Virus record (IMG/VR): IMGVR_UViG_3300023110_001943
Location: 1 to 64,000 of that record
DNA: 64,000 nucleotides
From: a virus
Strand: one strand, 5' to 3'
Of this stretch, positions 39,027-47,648 are shown piece by piece. The notes below the pieces were generated by a model. The model worked only from the letters and a program-made list of their open reading frames with translations, was not told where the DNA came from and searched no databases. Numbering within the stretch: position 1 is the first letter of the stretch; each line of letters begins with the position of its first letter. A program made the position numbers and the translations under genes.

Positions 39027-39155
39027 AAGACCGACACTGTCTTAGTGTCTTAAGTAGTAGGTTATTATATTTCTTTTTAACCTTGTTCTTTTAAGTTGTC
39101 TGGAGTTGCTGCAGTTATAACTATAAGATTTTTGAAAAAATAAATTAAAAAAGTT

Positions 39156-40055
39156 ATGAACAATTTATCAACAATACAATTAGAGTTATTTCTGAAAAAG
39201 AAATATGTTCATATTTTTCCACAAACTGAAGATGTTTCTAAATCGATAGATAGGATTAAACTATACGCAAAGAATCAAAACGATTTTCTTATTTATGTTT
39301 TTAAAGAGATTATCCCTTTCCAAGAGTATTTCGAAAAGATTGAAAACCTCGTACAATCTCTACCAAACAATATATGGATAATGAGTTCAACGGCCTCACC
39401 CCATCCCTTATGTGTAAATCCTTTATTAAACACATTAATGTTCAAGGATGATAAGATATTAAATGATATTGATAAAGAAGGAAATGATTGGGTATTATAC
39501 TTTGATAAAAAACTTTTAACACCTTGTGAGAAAATATTCGATTCTATATTATCGGTGGTTAGACCAAATAAGCAAAGAGAATATTTGTTTAATAATATAA
39601 AACCAAACACACTTCATATTCAACGATACTATAATAATAATACGAGTAATATATATCCTACTTGGTCTGAATTAACACAAGAATATCTTAGAACTTATCT
39701 TGCTTGTGTAGTAGAAACGAACTACCCATCTACTACTTCATTTAATTGTATTACCGAAAAAACTTTACTTTCGTTTTTTTGTAGATGCATCCCCCTCGTT
39801 CTTGGAAAAAAACATATTGTAAGAGATTTAAAAGATATGGGATTTTGGATTTCAAATGAATCATTAGGATTTGGAGATGCCGATAACTATGAAGATGATG
39901 ATATGAAGAAAGTTGATTATTATATTAAGTGTATTGAACGAATCAATAATATTGATGTAAAAGAATTTTACTACGATAATATAGAAAATATCAATAATAA
40001 CCAAAAAATAATTTCAGAAATTTATTCAAAAAAACTTACAAAAAGACTTGTGTAA
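39156..40055 (+). CDS. TEK-motif protein (GT10-like)
   Basis: VVET...ITEKT...IP.VLG...LKDMGF. Confidence 0.55.
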   Translation: MNNLSTIQLELFLKKKYVHIFPQTEDVSKSIDRIKLYAKNQNDFLIYVFKEIIPFQEYFEKIENLVQSLPNNIWIMSSTASPHPLCVNPLLNTLMFKDDKILNDIDKEGNDWVLYFDKKLLTPCEKIFDSILSVVRPNKQREYLFNNIKPNTLHIQRYYNNNTSNIYPTWSELTQEYLRTYLACVVETNYPSTTSFNCITEKTLLSFFCRCIPLVLGKKHIVRDLKDMGFWISNESLGFGDADNYEDDDMKKVDYYIKCIERINNIDVKEFYYDNIENINNNQKIISEIYSKKLTKRLV

Positions 40056-40090
40056 TTCAAATATTTTTCGTATATTTACTATGTAAATGA
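40046..40090 (+). promoter_or_regulatory. Early promoter
   Basis: ACTTG...TTTTCGTATATTTACTATGTAAATGA. Confidence 0.8.
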
Positions 40091-40262
40091 GAGTTAAGAT
40101 ATGAAAAACTTAAAAGAATTATCAAGAGAAGAATTAGAAGAAGTATTACTTAACAAGAATTTTATTGGTGATTTTGAATCAATTAGTTCAATGATGAATC
40201 CAAAAGTTCTTTATACTGTACTTAACAAAATTCAAAAAATAAATAACATTAAACTTTAAAAC

Positions 40263-40571
40263 ATGAAAACAAAATTTGAAATCTGGCTTGAAAAAGTTAA
40301 CAAAGAACGAAAGGAGTATTGGGATACGAATTTCAATTACAAGGATTATACTCCCCTTATTGTTAAGAAGGGTAAGAAGTATATGAAACTTATTGATGGA
40401 ACTTCTGTTTGGGGATTCATCTCTATGTTTGAAGGAGAATATAAAGGTATTCCAATTAAGGAAGGTGATTTAATGAAACCAGCTTCTTGGAACTCACCAG
40501 CTAAACACTCACGAGGTAATATCTTCGATGGTACTGATAAGTGGGAATACTACGGACCAAAATATTTATAA
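40263..40571 (+). CDS. Conserved phage early protein
   Basis: GKKY.KL...SVWGF...GDLMKPASWNSPAKH.RGNI. Confidence 0.7.
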   Translation: MKTKFEIWLEKVNKERKEYWDTNFNYKDYTPLIVKKGKKYMKLIDGTSVWGFISMFEGEYKGIPIKEGDLMKPASWNSPAKHSRGNIFDGTDKWEYYGPKYL

Positions 40572-40590
40572 AACTTAAAAGATAAAAGAT

Positions 40591-40818
40591 ATGACAATTA
40601 AAGAGTATTACATGAACAATTACCCACAAGATGAGTTGGGTGTAGAACTAAATGAGAACGCAACTTTCGTAGGATTACTAAATTGTTTGTATGAAGGTAA
40701 TGATGTTTATGATTACATTGGTGAGGGTGATAGTTTAGTAAGAGAAAGATTATTCTCAGAATTAGCAAACCAACTAAACACGAGTTACGATTATGTTTAT
40801 AACTTGTGGTTAAATTAA
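40591..40818 (+). CDS. Small acidic hypothetical protein
   Basis: ORF in an early cassette. Confidence 0.6.
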   Translation: MTIKEYYMNNYPQDELGVELNENATFVGLLNCLYEGNDVYDYIGEGDSLVRERLFSELANQLNTSYDYVYNLWLN

Positions 40819-40824
40819 AATATA

Positions 40825-41184
40825 ATGAACGAAAATTTTAACTTTAAACTCCTATTCTTAGGAGTTTTACTTACCTTTGCAGGTCAAATATCCGTATGGT
40901 TTCAACACAACTATCAGTTTGTAAACCCAAAATACAAACCAGAATGGTGGGGTTGGTATGTTATGGCAATACCAATCACTTGGTTGTTCTTAAAAGGAAC
41001 TCAATATGGTGTAACTGCATTTGATGGACAAGTATGGCCTAATAGATTCTTAGGATTTATACTTGGTATTATAAGTTATGTTTATTTAACAAACCACTTT
41101 TTAAATGAACCTGTAACTTGGAAAATAGGAGCACAACTTTTTTTGTGTTTCGGAATAATACTAATACAAGTTTTTTGGAAATGA
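40825..41184 (+). CDS. Four-TM small transporter-like (DMT/SMR) protein
   Basis: Four hydrophobic helices, FLNEPV.WK. Confidence 0.55.
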   Translation: MNENFNFKLLFLGVLLTFAGQISVWFQHNYQFVNPKYKPEWWGWYVMAIPITWLFLKGTQYGVTAFDGQVWPNRFLGFILGIISYVYLTNHFLNEPVTWKIGAQLFLCFGIILIQVFWK

Positions 41185-41399
41185 ACGAAATAGATTTACA
41201 TGGATTTACACATACCGAAGCTTTATTTGCAGCAGAGAACTTCGTTCTAACCCAATCACAAGACCCAATGTTTCAATGTAGAATCATTGTAGGTAATTCA
41301 TCACATATGCAAAACCTAATAACAGGTATGTTAGATATGCATAAATTTAGATGGTATATCCCAAGTTGGAATGTTGGTGAAATAATTGTTTCAAATTAA
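41181..41399 (+). CDS. Stand-alone Smr domain protein
   Basis: IDLHG...IIVG.S; start taken at ATG 41181. Confidence 0.7.
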   Translation: MNEIDLHGFTHTEALFAAENFVLTQSQDPMFQCRIIVGNSSHMQNLITGMLDMHKFRWYIPSWNVGEIIVSN

Positions 41400-41898
41400 A
41401 TACATGAACTACATCAAAGATACATTATCGGAAAAAGAATTAAATTTTTTATTAGAACAACTTGATACAACAAAAGTTCTTACTGGTGAAGAACTAAATC
41501 CATTTAAAAAGGCACATCCATATGTTTTGAATAACCAAAGTGGATTATATCCAAACACCTTTACAGTTTATGATACAAATAATGAAACATTTAATAATTG
41601 GATATTTAATAAGTTTTCAAAAAATGAATTAGTTGAATCTATATACTCAATGGAGTATGGTAAAGAAGCCTTTTCAAAAAAGCATAAAGATTATTTAAGA
41701 AAGGTTTGTATTATATTAATAAATGATGATTTTGATGGTGGTAGATTTTTAATAGAAGATACAGATATAAACTTAAATAATTTAGGTGATTATGTTATAT
41801 TGGATGGCCAAAAATACAAACATGAAGTTACAAAAATAACAAGAGGATTACGAAAGGTTTTAGTTATCTTCTTTAGACCAAAACAAAACTTATTATAA
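41386..41898 (+). CDS. 2OG-Fe(II) oxygenase
   Basis: HKD...DFDGG...HEV..I..G.R. Confidence 0.75.
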   Translation: MFQIKYMNYIKDTLSEKELNFLLEQLDTTKVLTGEELNPFKKAHPYVLNNQSGLYPNTFTVYDTNNETFNNWIFNKFSKNELVESIYSMEYGKEAFSKKHKDYLRKVCIILINDDFDGGRFLIEDTDINLNNLGDYVILDGQKYKHEVTKITRGLRKVLVIFFRPKQNLL

Positions 41899-41902
41899 AA
41901 AA

Positions 41903-41936
41903 TTTGGATAATTCAAAAAAATTTCGTATATTTGTA
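41903..41936 (+). promoter_or_regulatory. Early promoter
   Basis: TTTGG...TTTCGTATATTTGTAA. Confidence 0.75.
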
Positions 41937-41960
41937 AAAATAAATTTAAATTAAATAATT

Positions 41961-42341
41961 ATGAGCGAAAAATTTTATGTAAGAAGGTGTGAGAAATACA
42001 CCTTATGGGAAGCAACAGAAGAACCGATTGAGGTTGATGTTGACAAACTAAGAAAATGTGAACCTCCTTATGAGGGAAATACATCAGAAGAACTTTGGGA
42101 CTATTTAGAAGCGAATATCTACAATTGGGATAACCAAGATGAGTTCATTGAAACTAATAAAGAAGTTTATGGTGAAGATGAATTACAAGACCTTTTATTA
42201 GAAGATGGATATCACGATAGAAAAATCTATTCTGATACAAGAGAAAAGTATGGAGATGATTGGGTAGAACTTGGACACAAAAACGAAGAGTATAGAAAAA
42301 CAGGTGGATTCCAATCTCTACATGATAATGGTAATTGGTAA
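41961..42341 (+). CDS. Acidic hypothetical protein
   Basis: ORF downstream of promoter. Confidence 0.6.
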   Translation: MSEKFYVRRCEKYTLWEATEEPIEVDVDKLRKCEPPYEGNTSEELWDYLEANIYNWDNQDEFIETNKEVYGEDELQDLLLEDGYHDRKIYSDTREKYGDDWVELGHKNEEYRKTGGFQSLHDNGNW

Positions 42342-42512
42342 GTTATGAATATAGATAATATAAAAAACAGTTCAGAGTATATCTTAAATTCTTTGAACAC
42401 TTATAAGTTAGAAGATATCTCTGATGGTATGTTAAAAACTTATTTAATTCATGCAACAGGTATTGCAAACGAAATAGCAAAAGAACTTAATAATAGACAA
42501 TACAAATAAGTT

Positions 42513-43085
42513 ATGGCAATGGAAATGGAATCCTATGTGAGAATTCACAATGGAGATAAAAAAGTAGCTGAAAAATTAAAAGAGATATTTGGTAATGGGG
42601 ATTCATCAATTCCTCTTATCAATAATCTTTATGGTACAAACTATACTTGGGATATAGACCTAAGTCGAGAAGAAAACCAAGAGGCTGAAAACACTTGGCC
42701 TGATTGGGATTGGATGCAAGAGAATGTTGGTTCTAAATGGATTCAATGTGAATTTGATTACGATGATAATCCTGAAAACATTCACTTAGTTTTAACAACA
42801 GCATACTCAGTACCACAAGGTTATCTTAAAAAACTTTCTGAAGTACTTATTGATATCAAAGAAGATTGTTATATCACAGGTACATACGAAGAAGAATCAT
42901 ATGAACCAATGGGTGCTTTCCTTTATGGAAAACTTTGGGATGATATTGAAGATTACGATGATGTAATCGACCAAGATAAAATGTGGGAAGATGATTTCTA
43001 TATGGAAAAGGTTAGAGAAGAAGTTGAACAAATGAGAGTAGATATTGAAAAAGTTTATCTTGAAGATTTAGAAGAAAACGAATAA
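42513..43085 (+). CDS. Acidic hypothetical protein (YubB/DUF1281-like)
   Basis: WDW..ENVGSKW...TAYS.P pattern. Confidence 0.5.
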   Translation: MAMEMESYVRIHNGDKKVAEKLKEIFGNGDSSIPLINNLYGTNYTWDIDLSREENQEAENTWPDWDWMQENVGSKWIQCEFDYDDNPENIHLVLTTAYSVPQGYLKKLSEVLIDIKEDCYITGTYEEESYEPMGAFLYGKLWDDIEDYDDVIDQDKMWEDDFYMEKVREEVEQMRVDIEKVYLEDLEENE

Positions 43086-43273
43086 TGAAAAAACTAATAT
43101 ATAAAATTACAGAAGATGATAAACAATATTCTTTAGAGTTTATCACCGATAGAACTCCTGAATGGACAGAGCAACAATATACAAGACATCGTATTAATTG
43201 TAAAATGGAATTAATTTCAAATGAAACCACAGAAGAAAAAGAACCACTATCAAGAGAAGTTAGATTGGGATGA
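43085..43273 (+). CDS. Small hypothetical protein
   Basis: Translationally coupled ORF. Confidence 0.5.
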   Translation: MKKLIYKITEDDKQYSLEFITDRTPEWTEQQYTRHRINCKMELISNETTEEKEPLSREVRLG

Positions 43274-43392
43274 TATGACGTATGGTGAGGCATCTCATCA
43301 TATTGGTAAAAAAACTACCGAGAAAGTTCATAAATCCAAAAAAGATTATTCTCGAAAAGGTAAGTATAAAAAAAGATGGGATTCTTATTTAG

Positions 43393-44181
43393 ATGATGAA
43401 TAACATAATAGTAACTGGATGCTCTTACTCCACAAAAGCTGGAGTACGTTCTTCTTATGTGGATTTATTAAAATTACATTTAAAAAATACAAATGTAACA
43501 AACCTTGCATGGCCAGGTCAGTCTAATGATACTATTATTAGAAATGTTAAAGAACAAATACGAGATGGAGTAACCGATACTTTATTTATTTGTCAATTAA
43601 CTCATCTTCATCGAATATCTCAGTTTTGTCATATAAACCAAAAGTGGTTAGATTTCCAACCAGCCTATGTTAATACACAACCATTACTAAAGGATGATAA
43701 ATTACATTTCGAAATAATATTTTGGTATAAAGAAAAAAATAGACCACCTATCGGTAAAGGAAATTTTGGAGCAGTTGGGATATATGGAGCCACCAAACAT
43801 GCTGATTTAGATTTATCGGATGATATAACAAAGGAGTTATTGGATTGGTATGAAAAATATCTTTTTTATTTATATGATGATTCCAATGCATTTGTTCAAT
43901 TAAATCATAAAATAGATGAATTATCTAAACAAGTATTAGATAGTGGAAATGAAATACTTTATTTATATTGGCCAGAAGTTTTATATGATTCAACTTTATT
44001 TGATGATAATAACTTCTTATCGATTGATGGTGAGTATTCTATGTTAAAATGGTCAACTAAAAATAAATTAACCCAAAAATCAGATTCACACCTATCCACC
44101 GAAGGACATTATAAATTACTAAATAATATCATAAGTTATATAACAAAGACATCTTCCAATATACCAGTACCAATAATCTAA
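43393..44181 (+). CDS. SGNH/GDSL-like protein
   Basis: TGCSYS, NLAWPGQSN, QLT, DSHLS. Confidence 0.7.
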   Translation: MMNNIIVTGCSYSTKAGVRSSYVDLLKLHLKNTNVTNLAWPGQSNDTIIRNVKEQIRDGVTDTLFICQLTHLHRISQFCHINQKWLDFQPAYVNTQPLLKDDKLHFEIIFWYKEKNRPPIGKGNFGAVGIYGATKHADLDLSDDITKELLDWYEKYLFYLYDDSNAFVQLNHKIDELSKQVLDSGNEILYLYWPEVLYDSTLFDDNNFLSIDGEYSMLKWSTKNKLTQKSDSHLSTEGHYKLLNNIISYITKTSSNIPVPII

Positions 44182-44205
44182 GTTATATATACTTATATAC
44201 TGAAA

Positions 44206-44279
44206 GGGGGATTAGCTCAGCTGGCTAGAGCATCTGATTTGCATTCAGAAGGTCATCGGTTCGACTCCGATATCCTCCA
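44206..44279 (+). tRNA. tRNA-Ala(TGC)
   Basis: Cloverleaf, TTTGCAT loop, G3:U70 identity pair. Confidence 0.94.
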
Positions 44280-44298
44280 CAACTGCCAGGCAAGCGTT

Positions 44299-44370
44299 GG
44301 CCCGTTCGTCTATCGGCTAGGACACCACCCTTTCACGGTGGAGAGAGGGGTTCGATTCCCCTACGGGCTA
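44299..44370 (+). tRNA. tRNA-Glu(TTC)
   Basis: Cloverleaf, CTTTCAC loop. Confidence 0.93.
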
Positions 44371-44420
44371 CTAACTATCGTTCATTGAAATATTGTTTAA
44401 TTTAATAAAGAAAGAAAATT

Positions 44421-44783
44421 ATGGAAACACTTTATATTGTTATAGGTGCATTCTCATCGATTTTTGTGTTCCTATTGGGGTACTCGGTGAGTGGTGTATT
44501 TAATGGTAAGAAAAAAGTAGATGACTTGGAAAAGTACATCGAAAGTACTGATATGAGAATATCAGAAGTAGAACGAGAATTAAGTCAAAGACTTGATAAA
44601 GAAATCGAAGATACACATCAAACATTTAGAGATGTAGAAATCGATTTAAGAAGTCAGTTAGATTCGAGACTGGATAAACTTACGAATCAAATTATAAAAA
44701 AGATTCCACCTACCAACGAAGAGTTGATAGAACGAATCAAAAAAATGGAAGAAGAATCTTATAGATTAAGAATGAATCTATAA
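44421..44783 (+). CDS. Membrane-anchored coiled-coil protein embedded in tRNA cluster
   Basis: N-terminal TM, heptad pattern, LDSRLDKL. Confidence 0.65.
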   Translation: METLYIVIGAFSSIFVFLLGYSVSGVFNGKKKVDDLEKYIESTDMRISEVERELSQRLDKEIEDTHQTFRDVEIDLRSQLDSRLDKLTNQIIKKIPPTNEELIERIKKMEEESYRLRMNL

Positions 44784-44804
44784 GTAAATTAGAACGATAG
44801 TTTC

Positions 44805-44878
44805 GCCTCCATAGCTCAGTTGGCTAGAGCAGCTGATTTGTAATCAGCAGGTCGTGGGTTCAAGTCCCTCTGGAGGCT
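44805..44878 (+). tRNA. tRNA-Thr(TGT)
   Basis: Cloverleaf, TTTGTAA loop. Confidence 0.93.
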
Positions 44879-44890
44879 CAACATAATTTA

Positions 44891-44975
44891 GGAAGGATGG
44901 CAGAGTGGTCGATTGCACTGGTCTTGAAAACCAGCGAGGGTAACACCTCCGAGAGTTCGAATCTCTCTCCTTCCG
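44891..44975 (+). tRNA. tRNA-Ser(TGA)
   Basis: Cloverleaf with long variable arm, CTTGAAA loop. Confidence 0.93.
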
Positions 44976-44979
44976 CTTT

Positions 44980-45053
44980 GGTCTGGTAGTTCAGCTGGTT
45001 AGAATACATGCCTGTCACGCATGGGGTCGCGAGTTCGAGTCTCGTCCAGACCG
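44980..45053 (+). tRNA. tRNA-Asp(GTC)
   Basis: Cloverleaf, CTGTCAC loop. Confidence 0.93.
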
Positions 45054-45221
45054 CGAAACAAAAATAAATTATTATGAAAGATTTTTACATGGGTATCTTA
45101 TTATTTATATTGCTTGCATGGGGTATCTCTGTGGGTACACCATTAAACTTTATGGAATCATTTGGTACTGTATTTATTATGGTTCTTATAAAGAATTTAT
45201 ATGATGAATTAAAAAATTAAA

Positions 45222-45428
45222 ATGCCAAGATTTCCATCTTATAAAAGACCTATTGATTATATCAATAACACTCCTTACTTAATTCACGCGGTCTATCCAA
45301 TTGATAGGGTAAAAAATGCACCAATGATAAAAGAGTGGTTGGGGGTTGATACCGCATTCAAGAGTAATAGAGATGGTACTTATATATTTTGTGAAGAGAT
45401 AAAGGAAGCAAATTGGGAACAAATATAA
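45222..45428 (+). CDS. Small hypothetical protein
   Basis: ORF in operon. Confidence 0.55.
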   Translation: MPRFPSYKRPIDYINNTPYLIHAVYPIDRVKNAPMIKEWLGVDTAFKSNRDGTYIFCEEIKEANWEQI

Positions 45429-45437
45429 TTATATAAT

Positions 45438-45893
45438 ATGAGATGGGTACAATATTTTAGAGAACTGGCACATACAGTCAAAAAGAAATCCAAAGATGAA
45501 AACACACAAATAGGTGCTGTTATTGTTGGTAAGGATAAAGAAATTGTATCTACTGGATATAACTCTTTTCCACGAGGATTGGATGATAGTATTAAAGAAA
45601 GACAAGAACGACCTGAGAAATACTTTTGGTTCGAACATGGAGAAAGAAATGCAATCTATAATGCAGCAAGAATAGGAGTATCAACTAAAGGTTGCACAAT
45701 GTATCTAAGTTGTGGTATTCCATGTTGTGATTGTGCTCGTGGAATTATCAATGCAGGTATCACAAGAATCTTTTGTGAACGAGGTACAACTACAAAAGGA
45801 AATCATTGGGAAGAAAACTACGAAAGAAGTTGGAAGATGTTAGAAGAAGCTGGAGTAAATATTCAGTTTTATGATGATGAATTTTTAGGATAA
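45438..45893 (+). CDS. dCMP deaminase
   Basis: STGYN, HGERNA, PCCDCARGII zinc motifs. Confidence 0.9.
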   Translation: MRWVQYFRELAHTVKKKSKDENTQIGAVIVGKDKEIVSTGYNSFPRGLDDSIKERQERPEKYFWFEHGERNAIYNAARIGVSTKGCTMYLSCGIPCCDCARGIINAGITRIFCERGTTTKGNHWEENYERSWKMLEEAGVNIQFYDDEFLG

Positions 45894-45925
45894 CTATATT
45901 TATACGATACAAGGAGGTTGTATCA

Positions 45926-46090
45926 ATGGGATTCACAAGCGAAGAATATTCAGAAGAATTATTATATAAATCACATTCATTAGGAATTAAGGATGAATTG
46001 TGGAAAGTAGTTGAGCAACTCAGAAAAGATGACCCCTTTCTTACCATACACGAAGCAATAGAAAAAGCCTACTACACACTTACTAACTAA
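45926..46090 (+). CDS. Small protein (54 aa) with perfect Shine-Dalgarno
   Basis: AAGGAGGT 7 nt before ATG; MGFTSEEYSEELLYKSH... Confidence 0.65.
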   Translation: MGFTSEEYSEELLYKSHSLGIKDELWKVVEQLRKDDPFLTIHEAIEKAYYTLTN

Positions 46091-46126
46091 TCGTATTCCT
46101 TAATATTTATATAAAAGGAATAATTT

Positions 46127-47257
46127 ATGTCTGTATCTCAATACTTACAAGAAAAAGGAAAACCAACTCGTAGAATTGTTGGAGGATTCGCTGGTGGTAC
46201 TCGTGAGGTTACTTATTTTGATTTAAATCCAAGAGAAAGACAGGATTATAATAGATGGCTAAATTTAAAACAAACAAACGCTTCTCAGATTAAACAAGGT
46301 TCTTTTACAAGTGCACTTTTTGGAAGAGGTGGTACGAATGTAAGTAGTGTAAATATTGCACCACCTGATTTATCATTCTCTACTTTTTTAAAAGAAAAAG
46401 GATATAAGAATTATGTAAGAACCGGCTTGTTTAGAAGAAAAAGAGCTAAAACAATAGGAAGAGCATCTTCCAAAGAAAAACGAGAATATGAATCTTGGAA
46501 GGCAGATAAACAATTCAAGTATAACAGAAAAGTAAAAGAAGCGGCAGAAAATAACGTTCGCTCAGCTGGAGGTTCTAATTCTTTTAATTTCGAAACCGCT
46601 AATATTGAAATCAAATCAACCCCATCACAAAGAGAGTTAGATAATAAAAAAAGATTAGAACAGATTGAAAGAATAGAAGCTGTAGATTTAAGTTTAGATT
46701 TAGGAAATTATATTGGTGATAAGACTTTAGAAGAAAGGTATCCTGGTTTAGTACAATCTATTGCTGAACAAGTAGTATCATATGGAAACACATTTAGAGC
46801 CGATGAAGAATATGCGGAAGTTGTAGTAACAAATACTATAAACAATGCTTTAGAAGTTGCTAATCACATTAATTGGTTAATCACTCCACCAAATAATATA
46901 ACCGATGTTGAACTAAGAAGTATAGATGAAATGGGAAGTTGGTCAGTACAAACAACAGAATCAGTAGGTCTTGGTACAAAATCAGATGGCACATTAAACT
47001 TAAATTTAAAAGAAGGTGAAAAACCTAAAGAAGTACCACAAAAAATATTTCCACGAGAATTATTTTCACCTATTTTAGAAATTAAAAAAGATGCTAAACT
47101 TATTGAAAAAACAAAAACACTTCCATTCGATGTTCGAAGTGGTATTGTTGGGTCTGAATTTTTAAATGTTAGTAGTAGATTTAGAACAACATCTCCAAAC
47201 CAATCACTTGATAACTCAGATGGTTTTAGAATAAAACGAACTCAAAGAATAAAATAA
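46127..47257 (+). CDS. Hypothetical protein with basic N-terminal half
   Basis: 376-aa ORF preceded by TATTTATA motif. Confidence 0.65.
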   Translation: MSVSQYLQEKGKPTRRIVGGFAGGTREVTYFDLNPRERQDYNRWLNLKQTNASQIKQGSFTSALFGRGGTNVSSVNIAPPDLSFSTFLKEKGYKNYVRTGLFRRKRAKTIGRASSKEKREYESWKADKQFKYNRKVKEAAENNVRSAGGSNSFNFETANIEIKSTPSQRELDNKKRLEQIERIEAVDLSLDLGNYIGDKTLEERYPGLVQSIAEQVVSYGNTFRADEEYAEVVVTNTINNALEVANHINWLITPPNNITDVELRSIDEMGSWSVQTTESVGLGTKSDGTLNLNLKEGEKPKEVPQKIFPRELFSPILEIKKDAKLIEKTKTLPFDVRSGIVGSEFLNVSSRFRTTSPNQSLDNSDGFRIKRTQRIK

Positions 47258-47261
47258 GATT

Positions 47262-47615
47262 ATGATTGCAAGAACATATTCTACCGTAGATTGGAGAAAA
47301 TATTTATTGGAAGAATCTAGTCCAAGAGTAAAAACCTTTTTAGATAGTAGAGGGCTTGAGGTATTTAATCAGATTTGTTCATCTATAAATCAAGCTGTAA
47401 TTCATAATAGAGATAAAGTAGTAATGTTAATACATCCAAATGCTGGTAATGTTATATTGATTAACCGAAGTGAGTATATGGAAGTATATAACATAGCAAT
47501 GAAATGGTTTGAAAAAAATGAACACTATGAAATGTGTTCTACACTAAAATCTTGGAAAGATAACTTAAATAGCAAAAAGAAGTTTGCTAAAGAAAATATT
47601 AAAAGTTTTATTTAG
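47262..47615 (+). CDS. Protein with C-terminal UVR-like motif
   Basis: FEKNEHYEMCSTLK. Confidence 0.55.
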   Translation: MIARTYSTVDWRKYLLEESSPRVKTFLDSRGLEVFNQICSSINQAVIHNRDKVVMLIHPNAGNVILINRSEYMEVYNIAMKWFEKNEHYEMCSTLKSWKDNLNSKKKFAKENIKSFI

Positions 47616-47648
47616 TATATTTATATAAAAGAAAAAAGAAGGCCAAAT

